Below, in pieces: positions 8,986 through 21,490 of a DNA stretch of 64,000 nt. Position numbers and translations under genes: made by a program. Source of the DNA: Thecamonas trahens ATCC 50062 (Eukaryota; Protista; Apusomonadida); the NCBI RefSeq assembly GCF_000142905.1, contig NW_013657673.1:124001-188000 (forward strand), given 5' to 3'. The notes beneath the pieces were generated by a model, which was given only the letters and a program-made list of their open reading frames with translations, was not told the DNA's origin and ran no database searches. How positions within the stretch are numbered: the stretch's first letter is position 1; each line of letters starts with the position of its first letter.

Positions 8986-11900
8986 CTAAGCGGGTCGACT
9001 CTCTGCCATCGCACCCGAATCGAGACTTGGGTGTGCTGGCGGCGCGGGCGGAGGGAGCGAGCCGGTCGAGCACGCGGTTGAGCCCGAGCCGGGAAGCATG
9101 GTCTCGGTCGCTAATTCGCCGGAAGCCGCCGACCACCGAGACGATCCGAGCTCGGCGACATGGAGGCGCGGGAGGTCGCCGTCTTCATCAACACCGTTGA
9201 TGCCGAGCTCAGTGGTGGTCATGGTGCGGGTATCGGCCGCATCGACGTCTGTGTCGAGACAATCCATCTGGACTACGCCCGGCACGTAGTACTCCTCGGC
9301 CTCGGTGCGCTTCTCGGTGCGGGTCATCAGCCACGCGTCGATCGCATTGCCCACCACAATGGCCAAGAGGTTGACAACAATGCCGACATTCACAAGCAGT
9401 CGCCGCATCAAGTAGTCGTCAAAGGTGCCGGCGTACAAGACGGTGGCTGTCGACGCAAGCACCACCACCGCCATCACGTTGTTGGTCACCGACGCATACG
9501 GCTGGGCGAGAAGAAGCTGGCCCAGCGAAGCCACCAGCGCAAAGACCGCCGCGTTGGCCTTGTTCTCTTCAGAAAAGAAAAATGTCATGCAGATGGCTAC
9601 CATGAGCTTGCGCACCATGATCGCGGCCTCGAACCACCACGCAGACCGCGCGAATCGTCCCACAAGAAAGTTGAACCGGACCACAAAGGTTAGCTCATCG
9701 AGCTGCCGCGCCGCCCGGTTGAGCACACCCACCACCGCCACAGGCACTGTCACCGCATACACCATCACCGCAGCCATGCCAGGACCAAACAGCCCCATCC
9801 ACCACTCTCGCGTGTAGCAGCTCCGTGCAGGATCGGCGTCGAGCACCCAACGTCCCGAGCTGTCACGCCGGCAGCCAAACGGTGCGAGCGCCGCGTCGGT
9901 CAGCGGCAGGTACATCAACACCAGGCACTGGAACATCGTCCGCCCATACGCGCCCACAAGCTGATTATGTGTCTTGCTCGCAAACCATCCGGCCCGCACT
10001 TGGATCAGGACGCCGTAGACCAGTGCCACTCCGAGCAGAACACCGCCAAGGAGCAGCGGGAGCACAAGCGCCAGCGCCCACTTGAGCACCCACGCATCGA
10101 CACCTGCCGCAAGTGAGCACTCGGGAGAGGTCAGCTCAAAGTTGAGGTTGAGGAAAGACGCAAGATCAAAGTACATCGCTGCCACCGGGCCCCAGTCGAG
10201 CTCGAGCTTCCCATACATCGCGCTGATCTGAAGTGCGTTGAGCCCGATCATTGCCGCCGCAAACTTGTACCGCACGCTCTCCGAGAGGTTGAACCAGAGC
10301 AGGGCAGCGAGGACGCCCACTACCACAAGAACCACAACGGTCACCACAGCGGCGTTCTGCCCATCCGCACACTTGTAGCACATCCCGCGCAACTTGTAGT
10401 ATCCCGATGTGCACTCGGCACACAGCCGCGAGCCGTAGCCCGGCTTGCACCGCCCATCGCCGCTACATGCTTTCGCGTTCGGGCAGGGATGGAAGGTTGT
10501 GGTATCAGCAGTGTCTGGGAAGAAGCCCGGCGCCGCGCGCGGCTGCGCCGCCCCGCCGTCGCATACGGCGCCGACAGGACATGCCTCGCACGCCACATTG
10601 CTCGCTCCGCTTGCGATCCAGAACGACGGCTTACACACGCACGCGCCTTCAGTCGTGTTGCTCCCTGCGCCTCCTGCCGTGCGGATGGTGTTGGCAGGAC
10701 ATGGCGGAAGGCTGGTGCACTCGCCGAACGAAGTCTCATCCGACGAGGTTCCCGTCGAGCACGCCACACACAGCGTACCACTTCCATCGGTCACGCCCCC
10801 GAATCCGGGACCGCACGCCGTCACGGTCACCTGCCCGCGTAGTGGCGCGACTGCCAGCCCCGACCCGCTCATGGCGATTGAAAAGTCGATGCTGGCAGGG
10901 GCAGTCTCGGTTGCGCTCACAACTGCAGCCAGGTCCGGGAGCTCGATGTTGCGCGAGAGCGGCGCAATTTCGCGCGAGAGTGGCGCCGCGAGCACCCCGT
11001 TGGCTCCACCACCAAACGCGTACACCATCCGCGCCTGGTAGTATGCGGCAGATTGCGCCAGCGAATCGAGTGTTGTGATGGTGCCCAGAAGGCTCTCACC
11101 AGACTGCAAAGTAGTGGATTGTGGCGCTGAAGCCCAGGCAATGGTAGCAATAGGCCCATGAATGGCCGCTGCTTCAAGCGCCGCGGAGCTGTCCGGCGAA
11201 CTCGAAATCCACGGCAGCGCAGTTGCCCGGCTCGATTGCGCCGCATCGTTTCCTGCCATCGCGCACACAAAACCATCGCCGCTGGTGCCCTCGATCCCGA
11301 GTTGTGCCTTGTTGTCGCTCCAACGAGTCCCTGCTCCGGAAAGCGCAACAGTTGCATCACATACTGCTACGCCACCGCCATACAACGTCGCGGTGTTGGC
11401 ACTCACCACGCACTCATTCAGATCGAGGACGTGCGGGGCAGCTGCAACGGCGACGCTTGCGGTTGGCACGTTAGTCACGGCCGCGGCTGCGCTGGCGCCT
11501 GTGCCAAACGCTGCGCTGGCTGCGGCGATGCCGCCACCGACGACGGCGCGGTTTCCCGAAAACGCACAGGCAGAGCATGAGGCGACGCCGGCATCGGCGC
11601 GGACAAGCATGCCGCCACCGATTCCAAGCACAGCCGTGTTGCCGGTCACCAGCAGTGACTCGGCCTCCATGCTTGCGCCCGACACCAACGCCACGCCTCC
11701 ACCGCCGCTGCTGTCAGCGCGACACCCACTGATGGAGCTTGCACTTGCAGCCAGAGAGCCCCCGTCAAGCACTGCCACGGCGCCACCGAGCTCTGTTGCC
11801 GAGCTTCCACTGATGGACACCTGAGCCATACTCACGTTTGCCCCGATGGCACAGATGGCGCCACCGTAGTTGGCTTTGCACCCCTCCAAGCTTGTATCTC

Positions 11901-14900
11901 TCAGCTCCAGATCGGCACTTTCGAGGGCGAGAATGGCGCCGCCATACCCGGTGTTAGATGCGCTTGACGTCGATGTCATCAACGATTGCCCGCCCACCAC
12001 CGTGGCGTTGATGATCGAGAGCTGTGCTCCGGCCCCGGCGACCCTCAGGCCAGGAACACCGGTCTGAGAGTGGACGCCAGCTGTGGTGTGTCGGATCTCG
12101 ACACCTTCCAGTTCAACATGCGCAGGCGGTTCGACACGGAACAGGACGCCGCCACCGGTCGACTCGCAGTCAAAAACGCTTGTCCACCGCTAGAGGCGCC
12201 CGACACCACCATCGACCGGCGCGCCACAAGGTGGTCCGAGACCCGGCAGCCGTACCTGCCCTGTGGGAGGACTAGCACGTTCCGGACGCACGACGGCATG
12301 CGGGCCAGCGATCGGCTGACGCATGCAAGCGAGGTCGGCGACGTACACTCAGACGCGGACATGTCAAGCCCGTACTCACGGGGCTGGTAGTCATACCATC
12401 CGGTCCGCGACAGCTGCCTGGAGAAGAACAAGCGCGGTAGCGGCGACGGCGACTCCACAGCTGCAGAGATCCAGACGACGTCCAGGTCGCCGTCAGAGTC
12501 CAGGTCGCCGACCGCAAGGGCTTCCGCATCGGCGTTGAGTGCAACCCGAAGGCGTGTACCAAGGTCACCACCGCCAGCATTTCGGTACCAAAACACCGCG
12601 CCGTGGGTAATGCTGGTAAACGTTTTCTGCGAGGCGATGATGTCGACATCGCCGTCACCATCGATGTCCACAACCAAAACAGCTGTTGTGCTGGCCGCTG
12701 CGCCGCCCGCAAGCATGATCTTCGGCCCCATCGCCCCTGTGCCGTCGGTATTGAGGTACAGCTCCATACCCTGCCTCGTAGCGAGCACAATGTCGGCATT
12801 GCTGTCGCCGTCAACGTCGCCGCCGCCAACCGCACCTATCAAGTCGAACGGATCGATGAGGACCTGGCGCGCGCCATAGAGCGGCATCATTCCGCCGAGG
12901 CGCGGCACCATAAACACAAGGTCAGCGTCGGCTCCGGGTCCCTTCCAAACAAGATCTGCAGCACCATCACCGGTCATGTCAATGGCTAATGCATCGATGT
13001 CTGCTGCCTCGTAGATCAAGCCCGAGACGGTCACCGGCTGCGCCCACCCGTCGAGCGCATCCCGGTTCTCAAGCCAGGCCCACACCCGGTCGAGCGGCGG
13101 CGGGGACGGTGGAGGTGGGCCTGTAGTCGAGCCAGTTGTCGTTCCGGTTGTTGATCCAGTAGTTGAGGCTGATCCGCCAGTGCTCGATCCCCCGGAGGTG
13201 CTCGATCCCCCGGAGGTGCTCGATCCCCCGGAGCCGCTTGTGCCGCTCGAGGCCGTGCCGCTAGAGGCCGTTCCTCCACCCGAGCTCGAGCTCGAGCCCG
13301 AACCGCTTCCGCTGCCGCTTCCACTTGCTGAGAACGAATAAGCCATGTCAGCAGCAGCAGGTTTGGCCATGCAAATGAGCATGTCAGAATCGCCATCGCC
13401 ATCGACATCAGCGACAAGAATCGCATCAGCGTTCTCGACTCCGCTCGCCACGGTCACATCGACAAAGTTGCCGGAGCCGTCGATGTTTTCATGGACAATG
13501 ATGGAAAAGCTGGGAAACGACGACCACGACGCCATATCGACATCGCCGTCGCCGTCCCAATCAGCCGCAACAAGCGCCCCGGAACGGTCCAGGTCCGAGA
13601 CGTGCCGCTGGTTGCCGTAGCTGGCAGCACCATCGCTGTTTTCGAACCAAATCACGGTCGACGTCGTGACCGTGCTCTCGAGCCCGACCGCGATATCGAG
13701 GTCCATGTCACCATCAAAGTCGGCAACGACAACCTCTACGTTTCGCGAATCGAGAAACTTCAGGTTGGGGTTGGTCGGCACACCAAAGACCACAGGCGCG
13801 CCAGTGTTTGCCAGCCACGCGAGGCTGATGGAGTCTTGTCTGGCAAGTGCAATGTCAGCTCGCCCGTCGCCGTTCCAGTCATTGACTGCAACTCGGACGC
13901 GACGGCTGTCCATGCCGACGTTGGTAAGCGTGTGCACAGCTCCGAACGTCCCGAGACCATCCATGTTTTCGACAAGCATAACCGCGGTGGCCATGGATGC
14001 CACCGCCAGATCAACGTCGCCGTCGCCGTCATAGTCGATGCCGGCAATGTCAGTGACAGAGCGCTCCAGGGCGGCAACAGAGTGCAGCGTTGCGAATGAG
14101 CCTGCTGCCACCTGCTTGCTCCACAAAAGCTCTGGGGGGACTTGCGTGCAACGACAAGGTCGGGCGTGCTATCGCCATCCACATCCATGGCAACAACAAG
14201 AGAGACAGCCCAGTTCACGCCCGGGAGCGTGTGCTCAACCCAACTCGGGTCGGGACTCGATCCACTGTTCTCCAGCCAGCTCGGCGGCTCGAAGCCATTA
14301 CTCGAGATAATGTCGAGGTGGCCGTCGCTATTGATGTCAGCAACGACGAGGCTCACAGGAGAGTGCGGCATGGGCAAGAGGACAAGCGGGCCAAAGGCGA
14401 GGGGAGTGGGCGTGTCGGACGGAGCGATGACAACGCCGGTAGCATTCGAAAAGACGATATCGTTGTCGCCATCGCCGTCAATGTCACCACCAGCAAGTGT
14501 ATCCTGGCTTGCGCCACCGTCGACGGTGACAACCAAAGCTGGACCAAAGGCCTCGAGACCGACGGCGTTGGGGAAGACCACAAGCGTTGAAGGCGAGATG
14601 GCGGCGATGTCGGGAGCGCCATCACCGGTAAAGTCAAGTGCAAGCACAGAGACCACATCGGCCAGGTTTCCGACAAGCTGCAGCTGGCCAAAGTCGCCTG
14701 TGCCAGGCACAAACGGAAGCCAGGAGATGGTTCCGAGTTTGAAAGAGGCGACAATAGCGTCGAATTGGCCATCGTTGTCGATGTCTGCAACAGCCATGTC
14801 ATCGGCGCCGTCCTGGGAGGCTGCCACCGTGGCGTTGTCGTACTGGTAGCCTGCTCCGCCGTCAGCGCTGCGAAAGGCGACAACGTCAGTACTTCGCAGC

Positions 14901-16024
14901 TTCACGCTCAGAGAAGCGACAAAGTCGAGCGCGCCATCGTTGTCAAAGTCGCCCGTGGCGATTGGCCCTGCGCTCTCCACACTTGGGCTGATGCCACGGA
15001 CCGGGGCAAACGTACGGCTGCCTTGGTTGAGAAGAAGGCCGACTCCAAAGGGACGCTCTTCAGCGGTGAGCAAGATGTCTATGAAGCCGTCGCTGTCAAC
15101 GTCCGCGAGAGTAAAGGAGCTCATGACTTGCTCGGAAAAGTAGATGTTGCTCGTCCACGTGAACGGGGCAGACGTGCCATCGTTGATGTACAGCCCGATG
15201 CGGTAGTCGAGAAGCTCGCGAGAGGCGACCAGCACATCGTTGTCACCATCGTTATCGACATCAGTCACTTCGACAAAGTACGGCCGGACCAGACTCACCG
15301 ACTGGCGAAGAGTAAACTCCTCATAGCCCAAGTTGGTGTACAGCTCAACGTAGTTGGCGGTCTCTGCAACGATGACAAGATCGACGAATTCATCGCTGTC
15401 GAGGTTGCCAGCGGCCACGTGATCGAGCTGATCACTGGAAGAGATCAACTGCTCCTGATCTGCAAATCTGCCGTTGCCGCGGTTGGCAAACCAACCAACC
15501 GAGTCGCCGTAGACGGTGATGACGTCCGGGCCGTCCTCGCTGTCTAGATCAACGACTCGGACGGCAGTCGAGGTCGTACTCAGCGTGCCAAAGAGCGGAA
15601 CAAAGTTGCCAAAACTACCGCTGCCATCCAGGTTCTCGAACCACGCCGCAGCATCCACATCGGCGTGGACCACCAGGTCCAGATCGCCGTCGAGGTCGAC
15701 GTCTGTGGGGACAACGTTCCGAATGGCTCCCAAACCATCGTCGCCGGGAAGCCACACAATATGCTGGCGATCAAACCAGCCCGCAGTAGCGTTGTACCGG
15801 GACCAGGCTAGCTTGGTCCCAGTAACGACCACGACGTCGTCGTGCGAGTCGCCGTCGAGGTCGCCCACGGCGAGGGCCGCTGCGCCAAGGTTGGGAAAGG
15901 CTGGGAAATTGATCCGAGCGGGCAAGTCGGCAACGCACGCCGACGCGGCTACCGCCAGGTGCGGTTGTGTCACCAGCACGGCAGCAGAGAGGCAGAGAAG
16001 CAAAAAGTGTAGGGCTGCTTTCAT
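8986..16024 (-). CDS. Giant cell-surface receptor-like protein (~2,345 aa): signal peptide, FG-GAP repeats, Ser/Gly/Thr/Pro linker, GGAI-type beta-helix repeats, Cys-rich (GCC2/GCC3-like) region and a multi-pass (~7+) TM region; two apparent frameshifts
   Basis: ORFs 13760..16024, 12045..14126 and 8986..12000 join into one protein if one base is added in the G6 run at 14134-14139 and one in the A5 run at 12172-12176. Many D-x-D-G-D-G-D-x-D motifs, YGGAI/GGGI repeats, CxxCP..C...G(F/Y) motifs and hydrophobic helices. Confidence 0.85.
13180..13233 (-). repeat. 18-bp tandem repeat (x3) encoding GGSSTS in the low-complexity linker
   Basis: gtgctcgatcccccggag is repeated on the + strand. Confidence 0.8.
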
Positions 16025-16166
16025 GTCGAGAGATGATTATGGCAACGTGTGTGTGGGGGGGGGGGGAGGGGAGGGGGGGGGGAGGTGGGAGATGTGTCTT
16101 GAAGTGTCATTTTTTTGGCCAACTGCAACACGTGTCGTTCACGATTCATACGAACAGCACGACTCG

Positions 16167-19100
16167 TCACGAATCGGCACGGACCATGATGACGTATCGA
16201 AGAACGGCGGCGGCCTCGGCGTAGACGACGTACTCGTTGCAGGCGAGCTCGCGCGAGGCATCCACACGGCGAACCGGGCCCAGGCGGATTGTCACACCCG
16301 AGTCAGTGGCGACATCGCCTCGTGTGGTCGGCTCGTGGCCTCCACGGCCGATGACACTGGTATGGCGTGAAGCAGCAAGCGAATCGACTGTGTGAGCGCT
16401 AAAGGACCGGGCTTCGAGCGGCGCGCCCCCGAGCTCGAGCTCAACACCAAAGACAAATCCGAGCTCGCCAGCACCGAGCTTGGCGTAAGATGCGGCATAG
16501 GCGGCGACGTCGGACGCGTACACACCCTTGCCAAAGTTGTAACCGGCGTGCGGCGCCTGCGGCGGGGCGATGCGGAGGCGACCGTCGGCAAGAATGCCGA
16601 CCACGTTCGAGGTGCGGCTTCCATGCCAGAGCAACATCCGCCGCGAGCGGACCGGGCGCGCCGGCTCGGTCACGCCTTGGATCTTGAATGCGCCCTTCAT
16701 CCGGATGGTGCCGCAGCCGGGCACAACGGCGCCGCCTGGAAACATGGCCTTGGAGAGAACTCGCGCCTCGACCGAATTCTCGGGCACCGGCACAAGACGG
16801 GTCGGCAGCGAGAGGTACTGGGCGACGGCGCGCGGGAGTGCGCTGGCGCGAGCCGCACGCTCACGGGCGGCGTCGAGCTCGGCGCGAGTCACAATCGCCT
16901 GCAGCGCCTGCAGCTCGGCAAGTTTGGCCTTGAGCGCTACGGTCGAAGAGATGACCGGCGGCATGTCCATGCCAAAGTCGTGCGGTACGATGGTGTAGAA
17001 GAGCGACGAGAGCCGCTCGAGCTTGGCGGTCGGCACTGCAGTCTTCCGCGGCGCAAGCGAGAACGCGTTGAGCGAGGAGCGTCCGCGAGGCTCGCTACCG
17101 TCAAGCGCTTGGGCCAGCTCGTCGAGCACCTTGTACGCCTTGAGCACCTGTGCCGACGACATCGACTTGATTGGCATCTTGCGAGTGTCGATGTGCAGTT
17201 CGGCGAGGGTTTTGGCCACGGCCTCGGGCGCAAAGATCTCAGCCACGGCGGCGGCTACCCGCGGGTCGAGGACGGCGCTTGAGGAGAGCGAGCTCCTTGG
17301 AGCGCTGGCAACGGAGACGTCCTGCGCCGGCGGCCCATCAGTCGACGGTCCGGCCATGCGGACGAGCGCATACTTGCCGGGCTGGAGCGCAAACGAGTCG
17401 AGGCCGTCGGCCCAGACGTTGCCAGTCCGGGCCTCGAACCGCTCGGCAAAGGTGGCAATGGCCTCGGGCCGCGCACTGTCACAGGGGAGAAGTGACTGCG
17501 AGCCGACGTTGGTCCCGACTCGGCCCCAGGCCATGAACAGCATGTGGACGCCGGCATGAACGCCAGACTCGCCACACAAGAGCTGCAGGTGGTAGTACGC
17601 GTTCGTTCCGCTCCCAACCTCGGTCTTCTGCAGGACGACATCGCACCACGGCGCGCCAGGCAGCGAAGCGTCACGGACAACATAGAGGCCGGCCCGTTCG
17701 CGGGCGCTGAGCTTGGCGTGGACCCGGGCGCGGGCAGCGGGAGTGGCATCTCCAGCGGGCGCAGTGGCGGCGGCGGATGAGCACGGGGGCTTGAGCAGGT
17801 ACGGCTCTGGATCCATCGGACCCTCTACGAAGATGCAGGCGTCAATGTACGACTCGTCGACAACCGGGGTGCCCAGCTCAGACGCCCGAGCTAGATCTTT
17901 GGACGGCTTGAGCAGCTCGGCATGACCAGCGATGACCGCTTGAGTCTTGGACGACACGCTCTTGGTCACACGCCCACCGTGGTCGACGATGACATCGGTG
18001 AGTGTCTTGATGCCGGACGGTGGCTTGCCAGCAATGACAAACGCGAGGCCGGTGAGCGGGAGGATGCCACCGTAGTAGGCGGCGCGCTCGGCCTTGGCAG
18101 CAGCGGTGGCAGCAGCAGCAGCGGCAGCGGCAGCAGCCTTTGTGGCGATCCGCTCCTCACGAATGACACGCGTCGCAGCCTCGAACTCGTTGAACAGCGC
18201 TCCGATGGTGCCGTCAGCTAGGCTCGCCTGGAACCTGCGAGTCTGGAGGGCGGCGGGCGCGTCGTCAGGCCAGAGCCACTCGCGAACGCCGATGGGCAAC
18301 CCGGTGTACCCGCACTTGCCGCCCTGGGTCGGCGCGCCGCACACAAAGACACGGCGCGTCCGCGAGAACCGCAGCGCCTTGGAGCCGCAGTCGGGGCAGA
18401 GCGGCGGGACACCGTAGAGCACGCACTTGGCGAGTGCGTGGCTGCGGCTCTCGTCGATGTCGTTGGCGCGGGCAAGTGCCTTGAGCTCGGCCTTGGTGCA
18501 TGCCTCGTCCATGGTGTCTGCCAGAGCCCAGTACATGCGGCTCTGCTCGTGGAGCTTAAAGTGATGGATGTCGAACCGCTCGCGAGTGGGCAGCGGCGAG
18601 TCGGCGCTTGCCCCTGGCGGCACGATCTCGTTGTACGCCACATACAAAGCCACTGTGTCGTCCCATCGCAGCGTGGCGACGCCCGCCAGGTCAGCTGTTC
18701 CATAGCAAGGACTCTTAGAGCCGGGCGCCGTCACCTTACGGAAGCACTCCTGGTGGTACCATGCCACCTCCTTGCCATCAAACTGCCGCGACGGCCGCCA
18801 GATCCCAAACCGCAGCGTCTCCTCCTCGATCTTGGCCTTACATCCTTTGCACTACATTCAGTTCATACACGACCCGGCGAGTGAGCAGGCGCAAGCGGCG
18901 CCGCGAGTGGTGGCGTTAGTGGACTCGGAAGGGTGTGTGGTTGCCGAAAAGGTCGTGTTTCTCTTCGACCGGTCATGTCGCCCACCAATGGAAGGCCTCC
19001 CCCCCCCCCCCCCCCCCATCCCCCCCCCTCCCCCCCCCCCCCCACCCACACACACACGACCACCACTGTACTGCTACACACATGACTCTCGCTGTACGTA

Positions 19101-19176
19101 CCCCGGACCGAGACGTTGCGGCATACTCGACTGAGAACGTGATCTCCGCCGAGCCCGAGTTGGGGTCCCTGGACAT
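16167..19176 (-). CDS. PARP1-like poly(ADP-ribose) polymerase: one PARP Zn finger, PADR1, BRCT, WGR, regulatory and catalytic domains; exons 19102-19176 and 16167-18851, ~919 aa
   Basis: Spliced finger VEYAATSRSG|CKGCK...WYHQECF; PADR1 CPDC...C...C; BRCT (GGRVTKSVSSKT); WGR (AWGRVG); FYTIVPHDFG; catalytic H-Y-E (LWHGSR, GKGVY...ASY, NEYVVY). Confidence 0.93.
18852..19101 (-). other. Spliceosomal intron of the PARP gene (250 nt, phase 0)
   Basis: GTACGT donor, TGTAG acceptor; splicing restores the zinc finger. Two long G runs on the sense strand. Confidence 0.9.
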
Positions 19177-19306
19177 GGTCGGGCGGAAGTCAAGTGGCCG
19201 GCAATGGTGGTGGCGACATACGGCAGCCCGGGCCATCAGTTCGGGACGGGGCTCATCCGTCGAGGATCAAATGGTTTATGCAGGTGTTCGCCCGTGCCTA
19301 TGTAGC

Positions 19307-20134
19307 CTACGCGGCCTTGACTTGGGCCGACGAACCGCGCGACTCGCGGTAGGTGCCGTGGAGCCAGTCGAGGATGCCGAGTAGGCCGTAGTTGCAGAGG
19401 AATCGCTCGTGGTGAGTATCGTGGAAGTTGGGCTGATGGTCAAAGAGCGGATGCCACGGGAAGCGATAGCCACAGTGATGGGTGAGGGTGCCGACGATGG
19501 CGATGGCAAACCAGGTCCACATGGTGACGATGTGCGCGCCGATGAGGACCGGCCCGGCCATGAGCGGGAGAACGTTAGACAGGAGGACCTCGATCGGGTG
19601 GGCGTAGTTGGCCGCAAGTGCAATCGGCGCAATAAACTCGTGGTGCTGCTTGTGGATGGCTTTGTACAAGCCAGGCTTGTGCAGCGCCCGATGGCCGTAG
19701 TAGAACAAGATCTCCTCGAGAGCCACACAGAACGCCAGGTGGCCCACAAATTCGCCAAGGGTTGGTAGCCGGCCACAAGGCGCAACAACGCCCCACTTGC
19801 GGTACTCGGCAAGTGCGTACAGCACCATATTGGCAGGAAGGATGACGGTCAGATAGCCGATGATCAGGCTCTTCGCCAACTTGGCCAGCGCCGGGTTCCA
19901 CTTGCTTCCGCCAGCCACAAACGGCCGCTCGCCCTGCAGCTTGCAGGCGTACAGCACTTGAGGACGCTGCCACAGGTCCAGCACCAGAAACATGGCCCCG
20001 AGCCCATAGTAGATCCCACAGATCACCGCCTGTGTCACTCCGACATAGAGGCCGAGCCTGTCCGTCGCCGCGCACACCCCGCCCCATTGCGCCGCTCCAG
20101 CACCCGCCAGCCATGCCCCAGCCTCGCCGAGCAT
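19307..20134 (-). CDS. Fatty acid hydroxylase / sterol desaturase superfamily protein (FAXDC2-like)
   Basis: Histidine boxes YYGHRALH, HKQHH, HHCGY and FHDTHH, plus YAHPIE and NYG...DWLHGT. Start uncertain (ATG at 20134 or 20299). Confidence 0.85.
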   Translation of the reverse strand: MLGEAGAWLAGAGAAQWGGVCAATDRLGLYVGVTQAVICGIYYGLGAMFLVLDLWQRPQVLYACKLQGERPFVAGGSKWNPALAKLAKSLIIGYLTVILPANMVLYALAEYRKWGVVAPCGRLPTLGEFVGHLAFCVALEEILFYYGHRALHKPGLYKAIHKQHHEFIAPIALAANYAHPIEVLLSNVLPLMAGPVLIGAHIVTMWTWFAIAIVGTLTHHCGYRFPWHPLFDHQPNFHDTHHERFLCNYGLLGILDWLHGTYRESRGSSAQVKAA

Positions 20135-20324
20135 GTTGTCCTTGCGGAGTGCAGAGTAAGTAAGGTCGTCGTACGCATCGACTGGAGACGAGGGGCAGCG
20201 GGAAGCGTGCGTGTACCAGGCCGTGTGCGGGGTGGTGACACGCGTGTCACGAGCCGCGACGAGTCGTACTCTCGTCGTGACCGTTTTTTCCCCCTTCATT
20301 TTTGGCACAACGGCGTGACGAGGG

Positions 20325-21296
20325 CTACATGAAGAGCGCGGCAACGCAGCTGATAACGATAAGGGCGGCGAAGGCCGTGATCGACGGGTGGCGAAGAGTG
20401 AGTGCGCCGGAGAGCAGCCGGACATCACACTGGTTGATGCTGGAGCGCAGGAATGTGCGGTCGTCGATGCCGGTCACCGCTGGCGTGGTGTCTTTGCACA
20501 ATGGCGTCGATCGCTGTGGGTGCTGGATCCATTGCGTGCCGCAGCTCCCACAGCGAGCATCGCATGGGGCAAGGAAGTCGAGACCAAGCTCGCCGGATGC
20601 CTGCGCCGAGCAGCTAGCCCGAACCATGTCCGAGCCGGCTGCAAAGCACGAGATGTTGCGCAGGGCGATCGGCGCGCCGCCGCAGTCAGCCGACGGGTAA
20701 GTGACCTGTAGCGGGACAGGCGAGTTGGCGAGGAGACTGCCCATGCTGTTGACGCATCCGCCGACTCGCCACGACTCGTACCGATCGCCCTCGAGGCCAA
20801 AGAGCTCGCGATCCGAGACGCAGTCGCCAACGCGGCCGACGTCGGCGCCACGCGGCGGGACCTGCAGCGCACGACGCGCACCAGTCGCGCGCAAGTGTGC
20901 TTCATCAAGCACTCGCCCAGCAGCATCGGCATCCCACCACTCAAACGTCGAGCACAGGGTCCTGCAAGTCCGCTCGGGGCAGCCGCGGTAGATGCGGACG
21001 CCGTACCCGATGGTGACGCTGTCGGATCTGGATTCATCCAGCGGGGGACCCGCCATGCACTCGTACCGCCAGTACCGCCGAGTACCCTCATGAAGCCAGC
21101 ATGTGCCCGTGACATGCCACTCGTCTAGCCCATCGACCGCGGCTGTCTTGGTATCGCCGGCCACACATCGGGCAGAGCCGCGATGTCGCACAGTGGCCAC
21201 CCACTCGCCACCGGCCGCACCCACCGCCACCGCCGCCAGGACCACCACCAGCCCCACCATACTCACGCCCGCCGTTTGCAGCCTTCCTGCACCCAT
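20325..21296 (-). CDS. Secreted or surface Cys-rich protein with a C-terminal hydrophobic anchor (TM or GPI signal)
   Basis: C-terminal part of ORF 20325..23591. Signal-like MVGLVVVLAAVAVGAAG after ATG 21296/21260, numerous Cys, terminal ITAFAALIVISCVAALFM. Confidence 0.6.
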   Translation of the reverse strand: MGAGRLQTAGVSMVGLVVVLAAVAVGAAGGEWVATVRHRGSARCVAGDTKTAAVDGLDEWHVTGTCWLHEGTRRYWRYECMAGPPLDESRSDSVTIGYGVRIYRGCPERTCRTLCSTFEWWDADAAGRVLDEAHLRATGARRALQVPPRGADVGRVGDCVSDRELFGLEGDRYESWRVGGCVNSMGSLLANSPVPLQVTYPSADCGGAPIALRNISCFAAGSDMVRASCSAQASGELGLDFLAPCDARCGSCGTQWIQHPQRSTPLCKDTTPAVTGIDDRTFLRSSINQCDVRLLSGALTLRHPSITAFAALIVISCVAALFM

Positions 21297-21490
21297 GACT
21301 GACACAATCTGGTGGTGAGGGGAGAAGTGTTGGCGTGGGCGTGGACGTGGGCGTCGGCGGTGCCGTCCGGGACCGCCAGCAAGAATCGGCTGCTGTGGCG
21401 CCGTGCTGGTCTTGGCCAATTGCCCAATGGCTCCCGAATCTCCCTTTTCGGCGCATGCACCTGGTACTGAGTGCAGCGAGAAGAGGGGCT

